Positions 40,005 through 53,580 of a stretch of 64,000 nt of DNA are shown here, in pieces. The DNA is taken from contig NC_068984.1 of NCBI RefSeq assembly GCF_001194135.2, positions 118,256,972 through 118,320,971 on the forward strand, read 5' to 3'. The stretch comes from Octopus bimaculoides (taxonomy: Eukaryota). Position 1 is the stretch's first letter. Every line of letters begins with the position of its first letter. Both the position numbers and the translations under genes were made by a program. Under the pieces are notes generated by a model. It worked only from the letters and a program-made list of their open reading frames with translations. It was not told the DNA's origin and searched no databases.

Positions 40005-40335
40005 CTCGTGGCTCAATGGTTAGAGCGTTGGGCTCCCAATCATGAGGTAGTGAGTTCGATTCCTGGACCGGGCTGTGTGTTGTGTTGTGTTCTTGAGAAA
40101 AACACTTTATTTCACGTTGCTCCAGTCCACTCAGCTATAGAAATGAGTTGGAACGTCACTTGTGCCAAGCCGTATCGACCTTTGCTTTTCCCTTGGATAA
40201 CATCGGTGGCGTGAAGAGGATGGGCGACTGCTGGTCTTACATAAACAACCTTGCCTGCCTGGACTTGTGCTTTGGAGAGGAACTTTCTAGGTTCAATCCC
40301 ATTGTCATTCATGACAGAAAGAGATCTTTACCCTT
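40005..40335 (+). mobile_element. SINE family C
   Basis: Shares head and core with 35926-36200. Confidence 0.85.
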
Positions 40336-41118
40336 TAGTACGATTAAATTGATTCCAGTATATTACTGGTACTTATTTTACCGATCCAGGAAAACGAACC
40401 TCCGTCCCGATAGGTTTTTAACTCGGACTACAGAATATATTTTGTCCTTCGCTCTAACGATTTTGCCAACCACCGTTTATTGATAAACTATAATTAGCAA
40501 GTGTTCCGTTTGCTTTCAGTTCGTACTTCTCCTACGCTTAGGCTACTCTACAAGCACAAACAGCATGCCTCTGTCTATCACCAATACTATCACTAGTACA
40601 CCAAAGACGAATGAATTAGCAGAGCTATTTGATTTATCGATTAAAAAACGCTTTAATTAAACACACTTTCTGTTATGTTATTTTAAGAACTACTCCGATA
40701 ATGTATATACATATAATATTCTTTTCTTTTCGTTCTAAACATGTTTCATAATCCATTTGTTGCAAAAGAGTTATATTATTTCAACGCTTGGTTGTCTCTC
40801 ACAAATATCTGTACCTTTCCTCTTGTGATTTACTGAATATCTTAAATAAACGAATGGCAAACGCCGTAAACACAAAAAGTCCTTGGTGATCTGAATCCAC
40901 CAACAGGCTTAAAATGCTGGTTTACGTCAAGTTTACTTCACTCACATCCTGTAATGTCCTGTTTATCGATGTGCGTAGACGTCGCTCAGTTCGATTTCCA
41001 TCTCCGATTAATTTCTGAATTAATCGGTAAAAGATCAGTCATGGTTATGTAGTTGAAAAATTATGCATGTAGGTGTGTGGGTGTGTATACATACACACAC
41101 ATACACTCACATATATGT

Positions 41119-41155
<37 letters not shown>

Positions 41156-41477
41156 NNNNNNNNNNNNNNNNNNNNNNNNNNNNNNNNNNNNNNNNNNNNN
41201 NNNNNNNNNNNNNNNNNNNNNNNNNNNNNNNNNNNNNNNNNNNNNNNNNNNNNNNNNNNNNNNNNNNNNNNNNNNNNNNNNNNNNNNNNNNNNNNNNNNN
41301 NNNNNNNNNNNNNNNNNNNNNNNNNNNNNNNNNNNNNNNNNNNNNNNNNNNNNNNNNNNNNNNNNGTGTGTGTGTGTGTGTGTGTGACTGTATCGACCAG
41401 AGACAATCGGATATTGTTATGCATTGATGGTCACGATGCACTTCCTTGCATCGCTGCAGCTTTCGAATGATGTCATC

Positions 41478-42305
41478 CCGGTGTGTAGGCTGGCTGGACA
41501 ACATTCCCTTGAACGAAACACCAGTCCGTTGCGGGGTTACCCATCTACAACTAAACAGCGTGAAATAAAGAGTTTTGCACAAAAATACAACGCACCCCTG
41601 GTTTGAGAATTAAAACCACAATCTTGCCGGCCGTGAAAGCGACACTCGAATCACTAGGCCACGTGCTTTCACATGTATATGAATACATACATACATACGT
41701 ACATACATACATACATACGTACGTACGTACGTACGTACGTACTCGTATGCACACTTCCGTTAACAACTGGTATTGGTTTAAGTCCCAGTCAACTTTACTT
41801 TTCATCCCTCTGCGATCGACAAAACAAAATACCAGTAAAATATTGGGTCAACAGTATCAACTAACACCTTCCCCTCAAAACTGCTAGCCCTCTCTCTAAA
41901 TTGACAAGTCCCTTAACCCCCTGCGGATTGTTGTGGTGCTACAGCCGTGCAGCGTATCTAAGGGGAAAAAGCCTGGCGGAGGCCAATCCTCTCCAGGCTT
42001 GACTCATTTTCCCCAAGTGAGTGGACTGGAGCAACGTGAAATTAGGTGTTTTACTCCAAGAACACAACGGAGCACCCGGTCCAGGGATCGGAACTACAAT
42101 CTTACGGTCGTGAATCCAACACCCTGACCACTAAGTGACGCAACTCCACAAGTGGTACTCATTCCTACAGCTGAGTGGACTGGAGCAGCGTGAAGTGAAG
42201 TGTTTTGTTCTAGAACACAACGCATCGCCCGGTACAGAAATCGAAACCACAATCTTACGATCGGGTGTCCAACACTCTCTAACCACTAAGACACGCGCCT
42301 CCTCA
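41478..42305 (-). mobile_element. Cluster of three family C/D-core SINEs (41478-41670, 41990-42140, 42140-42305)
   Basis: Each has CACTCAGCTG/GACTGGAGCAACGTGAAAT...GATCGAAACCACAATCTTACG...CCTAACCACTAAG. Confidence 0.8.
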
Positions 42306-42496
42306 CATCTAAATTAGAAAGCATTAAAAAAAAGGTTAGGGATTGGCAGAACGTCGGAAATAATACGTTACGACTTCTGTTTGGTCTTCGATAAAATGTA
42401 GTGGCAATCAGGAGCTGTGGTTTATGGTATCACCTGACCACCACCTCTTAAAACTGCTAACCTTTTACCAATCTTTGAAGCATTATTACTATTATT

Positions 42497-42880
42497 GTGG
42501 AGGTGCAATGGCCCAGTGGTTAGGGCAGTGGACTCGTGGTCCAAGGATCGCGGTTTCGATTCCCAGACCGGACGTTGTGAATATTTATTGAGTGAAAACA
42601 CCTAAAGCTTCACGAGGCTCCGGCAGCGGGTGGTGGTGAACCCTGTTGTACTCATTCACTACAACTTTCTCTCACTCTTTCTTCCTGTTTCTGTTGTACC
42701 TGTATTTCAAAGGGTCAACCTTGTCACACTCAGTATCACTGAATCTCCCCGAGAACTACATTAAGGGTACGCGTGACTGTGGAGTGCTCAGCCACTTGCA
42801 CGTTAATTTCACGAGCAGGCTGTTCTGTTGATCGGATTAACTGGAACCCACGTCGTCGTAACCGACGGAGTGCCACGACG
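42497..42880 (+). mobile_element. SINE family D tail with a variant tRNA head
   Basis: GGAGGTGCAATGGCCCAGTGGTTAGGG...GGTTTCGATTCCC followed by the D-type tail ...GTAACCGACGGAGTGCCA. Confidence 0.85.
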
Positions 42881-44169
42881 ATTACTATTACTAGGGCAGT
42901 GATTTACTCGAATCGTGAGAATGAAGGACAAAATGCGTTCTAGCTCTTTACGACCAGGGTCCTAAACTTACCTACCTGAAACTTACCTTTCGACTTTCCA
43001 GCATCGTTAAAATAAAGTACCAGTCATGTACTGGGGTCGATGAAATCGACTGTTTCTTTTAACCATATTCCAGATTTAGTGTCTATGTTGGAGCCAATAT
43101 ATGTTTTTTTCGAAGCTGATGATTGTCATCTTTGCTTATCTGAGCTTCTCTCATGTATTCCTTGTTTCAGATGGTAAAAATAACAAGCTCTTCTACATTT
43201 ATAGCGTTTATTTTTTTTTTCTCCCGTTTATTAACCCAGATTTACATGCAGATGTGTGTGTGTGCCTGTGTTTCTCCTCGTTTATATGCACGAGTTTCTG
43301 TGTATGTGTGTGTTTCTATGTGTATGTGTTTCTTTGTGAGTATGTATGCTCCTCTGTGTGTGTGTGTGTAATTGGATTTACCTGTGGCTATGTGTTTCTG
43401 TGCATGCTGTATAGCTTTTAATCCTGCCAGGGCTTCTACAAAATTTAGATGTTTTTTTCCAAGATTATTTTACACTGTATTCTTGTAAGCACATGTGCAA
43501 CTTGATAAGCAATTGCGTGAGGAATGTGTTTTTGTTTTGTTTTGTCTTTTCTACTTCTTTAAATATACGACAATGATAAAACAAGTGTACTTGGTGTACT
43601 CCAGTGTCATGAAATAAAACGAATGATTTCAAAAAAGAAAATACGAAAAAGAAACTATCGTGGTAAATCATGAAAATAAACAATAACCTTTTGATTTTCT
43701 CGTCATTCAGAGTCTACAAAATAAAAAAATATTTCAATACATTTTTCTGCTTTCTATGCTACCAATATTTCTCACTGTTTCATAAAAGATGATTGCTATG
43801 AAAATATCTTTCATACGTTCACTCATTTTTTTTCTCTTACCTTTTTTTAGTTTCTCATATATAAATTGTATATTTTATTATTACATTTATTATCAATGGT
43901 AGACAATTAATTTTAAATATGTTGTGTTAGCAAAATAATTGATTTTCCTTCACACCGATCATCTCTCTTTTCTTGAAAAGAATTTCGTATGTAAAATTTA
44001 CATTTGATTAAGTTGACTTAGATCGAGATATAACGCCGATTATTTCCCACCATCTTTTCGTTTTTTCCACGCAAAACGTTTATCTTGCACATATTTTTCG
44101 CAGCCGTTATTCACAACTGCGAGACACAAATGTAAATCACAATTCCAAATGCATTTGTTATACGCAAGC

Positions 44170-44205
<36 letters not shown>

Positions 44206-44663
44206 NNNNNNNNNNNNNNNNNNNNNNNNNNNNNNNNNNNNNNNNNNNNNNNNNNNNNNNNNNNNNNNNNNNNNNNNNNNNNNNNNNNNNNNNNNNNNNN
44301 NNNNNNNNNNNNNNNNNNNNNNNNNNNNNNNNNNNNNNNNNNNNNNNNNNNNNNNNNNNNNNNNNNNNNNNNNNNNNNNNNNNNNNNNNNNNNNNNNNNN
44401 NNNNNNNNNNNNNNNNNNNNNNNNNNNNNNNNNNNNNNNNNNNNNNNNNNNNNNNNNNNNNNNNNNNNNNNNNNNNNNNNNNNNNNNNNNNNNNNNNNNN
44501 NNNNNNNNNNNNNNNNNNNNNNNNNNNNNNNNNNNNNNNNNNNNNNNNNNNNNNNNNNNNNNNNNNNNNNNNNNNNNNNNNNNNNNNNNNNNNNNNNNNN
44601 NNNNNNNNNNNNNNNNNNNNNNNNNNNNNNNNNNNNNNNNNNNNNNNNNNNNNNNNNNNNNNN

Positions 44664-44704
<41 letters not shown>

Positions 44705-45535
44705 ATTAGAAGGTTTGGAGGTGATGTACAGGTATTATATATTAGAAAAAATAAGGTACTCAGAGATCTGGATGGTTGTACATTTACAGATTTTTATTAA
44801 TGTCACATGTTTTTTATAAATCATATAATAGACGTACTGTCTCTGCTTTTCTTTCAAACATTCAACTTTGGAGAGAATTGTTAGATGAAATGTAGTTCCA
44901 TTGATTTTTGATATTGCAGATCATCCCATGCACATTTGTAAAAAGGAAAAATCTTGAATTTTCTGTCGCTACATATTTCCAGATGCTTACTTAGTGGAAT
45001 CTGGCGTCATTCTTCTTGTCGGATATGTTGCCTGCGGATTCTTGCACGTTGGCAGAGAGAATTATTTGTTTCGCTAATGTAATTATCTTTGAAGTTTGGA
45101 CAGGTTATGCAGTATATAAAGTTTTACGTTTTGCAGTTTATATCTGCATTTATTTTGAAAAGGGATCCGCTCTTGAATTTTGTGTGGGAACCACTTTCCA
45201 AGTATTTGAAGTTGTTGATATTGTTACACGTTCCACATCTCCTGTCTCCACATTCTTTTACTTAGAATTCTGATTCATTCTCTGATTTGAATTCTGCCCT
45301 TGTGAGGTGTTTTTTAAGATTTTTTGGTTGGCGTCTGCTATTCCGCAAGATATTTTTTTCAATCAGAGTTTTCATTTTGGGGCTTTGTAGGAATATAGGT
45401 AAGTTCGATTTTATGGCATGAAAGATGTTGGTTATTCCAGGACTGTGTGTTAATTAACGGAATCGTGTTTTCATTAAATTTTTCCTTTGGTGTCCGTAGT
45501 TGGGTGATGTTCGGTTTCATTACCTTTTTAATTAA
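44705..45535 (-). mobile_element. Penelope-like element remnant (linker plus GIY-YIG endonuclease and 3' end)
   Basis: SRRQPKNLKKHLTRAEF...ECGDRRCGTC...FKINADINCKT*N / IYCITCPNFKDNYISETNNSLCQR...PLSKHLEIC...ELHFI*QFSPKLNV* (stop 44854-44856), with several stops and frameshifts. Confidence 0.88.
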
Positions 45536-46084
45536 TCCTTAGGGATATTTCTGCATTGTGAGGAAATGATATAATATATATATATATATATATATANNNN
45601 NNNNNNNNNNNNNNNNNNNNNNNNNNNNNNNNNNNNNNNNNNNNNNNNNNNNNNNNNNNNNNNNNNNNNNNNNNNNNNNNNNNNNNNNNNNNNNNNNNNN
45701 NNNNNNNNNNNNNNNNNNNNNNNNNNNNNNNNNNNNNNNNNNNNNNNNNNNNNNNNNNNNNNNNNNNNNNNNNNNNNNNNNNNNNTATATATATGCATAT
45801 ATACATACGTATATGTACATATATCTATGCGCATATATATGTGTGTGTGTGTCTGTGTCTGTGTTTGTCTGTGTCTCTGTGTGTGTGTGTGTGTGCATAT
45901 GTGGGCACAGGACGTCACGAAACGTGTACAACAAAAAATACGCAGTACGAGTACATGGAATATGAACTATTTTTTCGAACAACGAAAGACACCAATGGAA
46001 AACAAGATAAACAACATAAAGAACGACCCTTCATCAGTTGTTGGCTGTTTTTCTACTCTCGCATTTCGAGCATATATATATATA

Positions 46085-46340
46085 TATTTATTTATTTATT
46101 TATATGTGTGTGTTAGTGCGTCTTTGTGTCTGTGTTTGTCCCCCACCATCGCTTTTGACAACCGGTGTTGTTGTGTTTACGTCCCCTTAATTTAGCGCTA
46201 AACAAAAGCGAACGACAGAATAAGTACTACGCTTTAAAAAAGAATCCTAAGGCCGATTTCTTCCACTAAGACCCTTCGAGGTGGTTCTCCAGCATGGCCG
46301 CAGTCAAATGACTGTAGCAAGTAAAAGAATAAAAGAATAA
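46085..46340 (+). mobile_element. SINE family B 3' part
   Basis: Matches the in-window consensus. Confidence 0.8.
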
Positions 46341-47019
46341 CAAATCCGGTGTGTCAGTATGATTCGATTGTCGTTCCTGGAACAAGAAAGTCATACCATA
46401 GTTTAAAAAGGTTAGCTTATGCCTTCAAGCAAGTTTTTCGTTATTTTAAACTTAATAAAAACAATTAGTTTGTTTTACAATAATATCGTACTAAAATAAT
46501 AAATAAATATTATTGCATTTGATATCTTCTCTGTATCGTAGGCTTTCTCTCACTCACCTCCATAACCAACGCACGCAAAATAAAATATAGCAGAAATTAG
46601 CTTAAACAGCCAAAACCGCAAAATCAGGAACGTTTCGAAAAGTCTTCATTAATAACAAAATTTAACAAAAGAATCTGAAATTGAAAATTACTCGAAATAA
46701 TTTGAATTGAATTGTTTATCGCTTTATTAATATATTTATTTACTTACCTATTTTTCATTGCGATATCATGTTTGCTATACAATTATTGCATAAATTTATA
46801 AAAGCATTACTGCTAAATTCACAATTTCTATCTTAAAATTTTATACGCTTATACGCGTCATGCGTGAAAATGTGCAATAACTTTCCACTAAGTTGATGTG
46901 GTTTTGTATTGTTGCTGATTTTGTTGTTTTGCCCCGGGTCAATCTTGATCGAGTAGACATATGATCAAAAACGTTCTATTCGTTAGCATCTTGTCTATTC
47001 AAACGGTTTATTTCAAGGC

Positions 47020-47177
47020 GTGGTTGTACTTCTCAATCACATAGTTCCGGGTTCAGTCCCACTGCGTGGCACCTTGGGCAAGTATCTTCTACTGTTACTT
47101 CGGGTCGACCAAAGCCTTGTGAGTGGATTTGACAGACGGAAAATGAAAGAAGCCCGTCGTATATGCATATACATGTG

Positions 47178-47270
<93 letters not shown>

Positions 47271-47500
47271 ACGTGTGTGTGTGTGTGCGTGCGTAGTTGT
47301 GTGTGTGTGTGTGAGTATGTGTCCGCATGACAACCGATGCTGATGTGTTTGCGTCCCCGTAATTAAGCAGATCGGCAAAATAGACCGATGGAATGAATAC
47401 CAGGCTTAAAAAATGTCTCTGGAGTCGATTCATTCGACTAAAAAAGTCTTCAAGGCGGTGCCCCTGTATGACCGCAGTCTAAAATATAAAAGACAAAAGA
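47020..47500 (+). mobile_element. SINE family B, full length, with long internal (TG)n
   Basis: Matches the consensus; an additional head-only copy lies at 47700-47787. Confidence 0.88.
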
Positions 47501-49469
47501 TAACCACTATGTTTTTTTGAGGGAAAAGTGGTTGTTATTTCTAGCAGGCTGGTTGATTACATGGCGTTTTTCTACATGGCTATTCAGATAAACCCTAAGG
47601 GAAGTGTTTAGCTTGCTGTTTAGTCCCAGATCAGCCTTCATCGAATAGGCATATAATCAAAGACGTTCTAGTATCTTGTCTGTTCAAACGGTTCATTTCA
47701 AGGTGTGGTTGTGTGGGAAGAAACTTGCTTCTCAACCACATGGTTCCGGGTTCAATTCCACTGTGTGGCACCCTGGGCAAGTATATTTTACGAGTGTCTG
47801 CGAAACTCAAAACTAGCTCACAAGATAGCTATTTCAACTTCGCAGCGTTGGGTCGTTACTGGCAATATCGACCTATTTGATTAAATGAGTAACCGGCTTA
47901 GTTAGGCAGAACAAAGTTCATCATTCGATTTAGGTTGCCATATTTTATAGAAATATCATATTACCAGTAGAGCCATGACAAAAGCATGGCAACTGTTTCA
48001 TTCAGTCTCATTTAAATTCTGTATTATTTTCAATCTTTATATACGTGATTTTCGTTTAGAGTTATAAAATTTCTAATTTACCATATATTTCTATTGAGCT
48101 TAAGAGGTTTTCGTTTTCTTGAAATAACTGTTGGAAAACGTCCAAGTTTATGGAGAAAAGATCAAGGTACTTCAGGTCTTTTTTATGTTTTATTTCTCTA
48201 TTTTTACACAAATTAAATTAGTACACTAAAGATTTTGCTCAGAAGACTATCTTTCTTCAACACTACGCTATCCCGCACCCTTCTTGCAACACTTTTATCT
48301 ACAAGAAATTAATAAAACACACAGGCGCACAGAACGCATTATATTATTAGGTTGAATATATTTTCATAATATCAGCATCAATAGTTGAAAAGTAACTACA
48401 GAGTTTGTATTCACTGTCGGTAGCTTCAAACGAATACCAAAGCTGTAATATGCCGTCGTCTGCGTTAGCATCACCATAATCACTAAAAAAACATGCATGA
48501 AGCTAGTCATAAACTGCTGCCACTAGTACCCCTCTCACCCTTCTTTCTCATTTTAACAATTTCTGTCCCTCATACTAATTTATTTCTTCCCTTTTCCCCC
48601 CTTTCTTTCCTTCTCAAGTTCTCTCTTTCTCTCCTTCACACACACACACACACACACTCTCTCTCTCTCTCTCCCTCTCTCTCCCTTTCTTTCCTTCTAT
48701 CTCCAGTCACTTCAGCATTTTTTTTTTCTCAAGTTAGTTATGAAGGAGAAAAGCAAGAGAGCAAAGATGGGCAAATGCGAAATTGTATATTTTAATTGCT
48801 TTTCAATTATTGAAATATATTCAATATTTGAATATTTTTGGACGTATGGAGATAAAAGATACTGTTCTGAGAAAGCAACCTAAGAATCAGGATATCAACT
48901 GTTGTTTATTGATAAGAATAATCCATTACTTCTACAACTGATAACCGACAACCAATATATCTTCAATATTTATCTCTTATAGAAGAGAAATAAGTCATTG
49001 GATTATCTGGCATAATGTGACTACGTGTCAGTGACGCCTTTCGCGTTTTACAACGAAACCAATCTGAAAGCCCTTGGCATAAATATCTCAACTTTATAGA
49101 GAAAGGGAAATGAGATCCATTCCATGCATGTCTTTCTTACGTATAAAAAAATAATACTATGATTGGACGAGCATCGAAACCAGAGTACTTTCTCTTCCAA
49201 GACAACTATGACAAACGCTGTAGAGTAGATTCAAGTTTTGTCGTTGGAAACAATAACAATGATTGTTGACATCAGTTCAAGCTCACCAATTTATAAGGGA
49301 AGAATGCAGTCGTTTTTATGGGCTCCGGTGTATTACTGACATCTTTTTAAAGAAAAATTACTGGGTTATATTTTTATCCAAAGATAAAAATATATTCCAG
49401 CTCCCAGTCATTAACGGTTGTTTAATCCTGGATAGGGTGCATTACTCGGAGATAACTACTTATCCGCAT

Positions 49470-49745
49470 TGAGAGCTCACAACCCTAGGAGAACCGACAT
49501 TCGGTTGCAATATCGCAAGAAAGCATTGGAAGACGAATTCTTTAAGCCGGACCAACCGGCAAGAGTCTTAGAGGCAAACCAAAAACGAGACGGCTGATAA
49601 TATTCATCATCTCTTTGGTCACGCTTGAGCATCCAGCTGCAAAGTGTAGAGACGGTTGCTTCTGGTAGGACCCTACAGAGGCGATACCAGAGGACTCTAT
49701 CCCCATGACTCACTCTGGAATAGTGGATGGAAAAGATGGATGGAT
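49470..49745 (+). mobile_element. RTE-clade (Rex3/Expander-like) LINE 3' remnant
   Basis: QESIGRRIL*AGPTGKSLRGKPKTR.L.NIHHL.WSRLSIQ; same family as 12500-12830. Confidence 0.65.
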
Positions 49746-50374
49746 AAAAATATAAAAATCAACCACGTGGAGATCTTGTAATAGAATATAAACAGGCAAA
49801 AGAAAATACGACTGGCACTTAGTTCGATAATCTTACCGACATTGCCATCCAGTGATATCACTCAAAGAAATAATTAGTGTATAGTATAACCACAAATTTA
49901 TTTGTTGTGCTTGTTATTTTGGATTTTGTTTTTTCGAAATGCTCTATCGATTCTGCAAATAACCGAAGCTTTCAAAATGTTATAATAACAACTATTGCTT
50001 GATAAAAGTCAGAGTAAATATACTATTATATTATATGCTTGTATGTGTGCGCATGCGTGTGCATGTGTAAATGAAATGAACGTATGCCGAAACCTTCGAG
50101 CAAAGCAGGTGAGGAGTTAATCAAAATATATAAGGGATGTCAATGAATGAAGACAACGAGAAAATATACTGTGCTGCTTTACAAGGCTTGTTCAATTATC
50201 CTTTAATAATATTTCGGCAAAAATTTCCCCTTTTTAAAGAGAAAAATTAAAAATTACTCCAAAATAGGATTGGCTAATTAGGCGGTATCTATTCTTGCAT
50301 TGTTTTCATTCGTTCACATTCACCTTACATATCTTATTTAACTATCACCTACATGGCCTAAAGGTTTTGCAAAC

Positions 50375-51680
50375 AATTATCGCAATAATTCCAAACATGA
50401 TTTTCCAACCAGTATTTAATAATGAAATGGGTCTGAATTACCCTAGTATTTTTGCATCTTTCTCTTTAGGTAAATAGATACCTTCAGCTATACACCATCT
50501 CTCCGCTACGTCTTTCTTCTTCCACATTTCTCTTATCAATGCAAATAACTGTAAACGCAATACTTATACACCTTGCAGCTCACTCCGTCGTTCGCTGGTG
50601 AACACTTTTTGCTCTTGCTTTTCTTATGAACTCATCCATTTCTTTTCGTCTGATGTCACTCGAATCGAAAGGTACCCTTGGTTCAGGTGGTTTCTTCAGC
50701 CCGTGCATTTCTGGGAGTACTTTATTTCTGGCAGAGTCGCTGTATGTCCCTTTAAGATGGTGTTCGAGCTTTTCTTTAGTGTAATCCAATCTTCCGCTCT
50801 TACTTTCAGTAAACAAACGTTTCGCATATTGGTATGGGTCGTTTACAAAGCTACGATCGTTCTCTCTCTCATTTCTTCTGTTCTTTCTTCTTTCTTTTCT
50901 TAGTAGTTCTCGATGCCTCTTTTTTACCTCTTCATATAGCTGTTTTAACCCTTCTCTTTCCTCCTCCTTTGCTTCACTCCATCTGGTTCAGAGTTTTTTC
51001 TTCTCTTCTCGTATCTTTGCGATCCGACTTTGCATTCCCTGTTGTTTCAAGTCCAAATCTTTTCTGGTAGATTATATTAGCCAAGTTCTCGAGCTTTTGC
51101 TCGTCGTCCCCTTTGAATTTGGTGGCCGTTCTTGCTACCTCGTCGTCGAAATTTTTATAGCTCGTTGCATCAATTGCCTTCGGCCACTTAATCTTTGGCT
51201 TCTTCACGCCTATCACTTGTTTTTGGCTGTTCCGATTCAACTGTGGAATGAACTTCGCTATGGTTTCTTTCCAGGAGGTTCTGGCCACACATCCTATAGT
51301 TTTTCAATCCGCGCTGTTGAATTACTTTTCTCTGACACACCTTCCCTTGGTGAATTCTCAGCCCGATGTAACTAGTAAACACCTTTCTGCAGCAGCTAAA
51401 TTCCTCATCTGCCATTCCTTTGCCGCTTCCTTCCCTTCTCGTTGTCCATTTTCGGTCCCAGTCCAATCCTTTTTTTTTTTTTTACGTTCCTGTTTGATCC
51501 TCTATTCTCTCCTCGTGCTCCGGGATCATGGTGGCATGGTTTATCATGCTTACTTGTTGCAACTTTACCCGGGATCGGGCTGCAAGCACATTCGATCCTT
51601 CGTTACGCTGTCGTACTGTCAAGCGTCTCTCCGCTTCGTCATCCTGCTTTCTGGATTGTCAGCAAGTCTTTCCCTGCAAG
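50375..51680 (-). mobile_element. RLE-type (HERO/NeSL-like) non-LTR retrotransposon, 5' portion
   Basis: N-terminal zinc finger CCRKVFTSYIGLRIHQGKVC; IKWPKA...FDDEV...KLENLANIIY.KRFG; KSGRLDYTKEKLEHHLKGTYSD...FIRKARAKS; RT start ERWCIAEGIYLPKEKD...FRPISLLN. Frameshifted throughout. Confidence 0.8.
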
Positions 51681-51765
51681 ATGAAATATAAGATGAAATA
51701 TAAGATCCATGCAGGATGAAATATAAGATCCCTCCCCCGCCCCCCTCACACACACATATAAATAG

Positions 51766-51960
51766 ACGTGGCACTGTGGTATGTAGCTTGCTTCCCAAAC
51801 ACACGGTTCCGGGCTCCCTTCTATTGCATGGCACCTTGGGCAAGTATCTTCTACTATAGCCTTGAGCCGACCAAAACCTTGTGAGTGGATTTAGTAGACG
51901 AAAACTGAAAGAAGCCCGTTGTTTATATATACGTGCGTATGTGTGCGTGTGTGTGTGTAT
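51766..51960 (+). mobile_element. SINE family B head
   Basis: Matches the in-window consensus. Confidence 0.8.
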
Positions 51961-51963
51961 GTG

Positions 51964-52016
<53 letters not shown>

Positions 52017-52020
<4 letters not shown>

Positions 52021-52140
52021 TCTGCCGCCTATATATAAGATTTTTGTTGCTTATATCTAAGATTTCGCTGCCTATGTCTAAAATTCCTGTTGCTTTTATC
52101 TGAAATCTTGTTGCCTATATGGAAGATCTTGTTGCCTATA
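52017..52140. repeat. 21-22 bp minisatellite (~AGATYTTGTTGCCTATATCTA), about 6 copies
   Basis: Units read directly; sits between (AGAT)n and (CA)n. Confidence 0.8.
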
Positions 52141-52162
52141 CACACGCACACACACATACAAA

Positions 52163-52204
<42 letters not shown>

Positions 52205-52215
52205 AACACACACAA

Positions 52216-52248
<33 letters not shown>

Positions 52249-52570
52249 CATATACACACGCTGATTGAATTATGTTTAGAAGGACTCTTACATGTAAATT
52301 CTCAATTATTTAACATTAGCAGTTATCATGCCGTTATTCCCACTTTATCACGATCTTTTAACTTCTGCATTCATTTCGTGGCTTTTTGAAGAATTCTCTC
52401 AGTAATTATATCCTGTAAAGAAAGTATTTTTGTAGAACAGAATACAAATGAAATGTTCAGACTATACACGAAGTCTTAATTAATAGAAGCAACATTTTGC
52501 ATGTTCATCAATTAAAGGTCTATTCTTCTGAAGAATAGAATATATACAGTCAATTTTGATATTTGTTACT

Positions 52571-52770
52571 AAGGCGGCTAGCTGGCAGAATCGTTAGCAC
52601 GCCTAACGATAATTCGCCCGTCGATACGTGTTGAGTTCAAATTGCATCGAGATCGACTTTGCTTTTCATCCTTTCGGGTCGATAAATTATGTACTAGTTG
52701 AGTACTTGGGCCGATGTAATCGACTTAACACCAAATTTCAGGCCTTGTGACTATAGCTGAAAGAATTATT
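52571..52770 (+). mobile_element. SINE family A
   Basis: Matches the in-window consensus. Confidence 0.8.
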
Positions 52771-53019
52771 GTTATTAATGATCCTTTCTTTTTCTCCTTG
52801 TTGCGTTACTATTTATTAAACATTTCCAAGTTACGTTGATATCTTAGCTACAACAGTATGAAATATAATACTATTTTACTCTTTAATTCTTTTACCCGTT
52901 TCAACATGTAGTGACCTGTACTCACGCAGGAGCTCATCCATTATATCAGTGATCTTAAGTAGACGCGCAAAGCAGTGACTAAAAGCCAAATTTAATACCA
53001 AATATCTCTCAAACGTGTC

Positions 53020-53580
53020 TTAATGCTAGCTGAGTAGATTGGAGTAACTTGAAATAAATTGTGTTCCATAAGGACACAATGCACCGTCGGGAATCGAACC
53101 CACGACCTTACGATCGTGAGTCAAATGCCCTAACCACTAAATGCGCCTTCACTATAGCATGTAGCATAGGCTTCATAATTGTTTACTTTTAGCCACCCCC
53201 ACTTTTGAACCAGTGAAATATCTACAACAGTCATGGACAAACTGCGACCTGCAACACTTTCTGAATGACATACCAACGAAACGCTAGCTTGAACTTTTTT
53301 TGCAGTGTGTACCGGCTGAATGACGAGCCATGTCTTATACATCCTGCTTCTCGAAAAATGCTGTTCCTGCCTGATCTATGATGTCATAGCTGGAGAGAGG
53401 CGAGGACTGCGCCGGCACTAAGGTTGATACTCATTACAGCCAAGTAGTGTGGATTAACGTGAAATGAAGTGTCGCGCTCAAAGACTCGATGCACTACAAA
53501 TTGCACCCACGAATTTATGGATTTATGAATTTATGGTCGGAGGTCGAACACGCTAACCACTAGGCCAGACGCCTTCATCT
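53020..53580 (-). mobile_element. Two family C/D-core SINE copies (53020-53150, 53410-53580)
   Basis: Match the in-window consensus. Confidence 0.7.

Noticed and set aside
53226-53255. hAT-like TIR CAGTCATGGACAAACTGCGACC
   Set aside because: No partner TIR or TSD was found.
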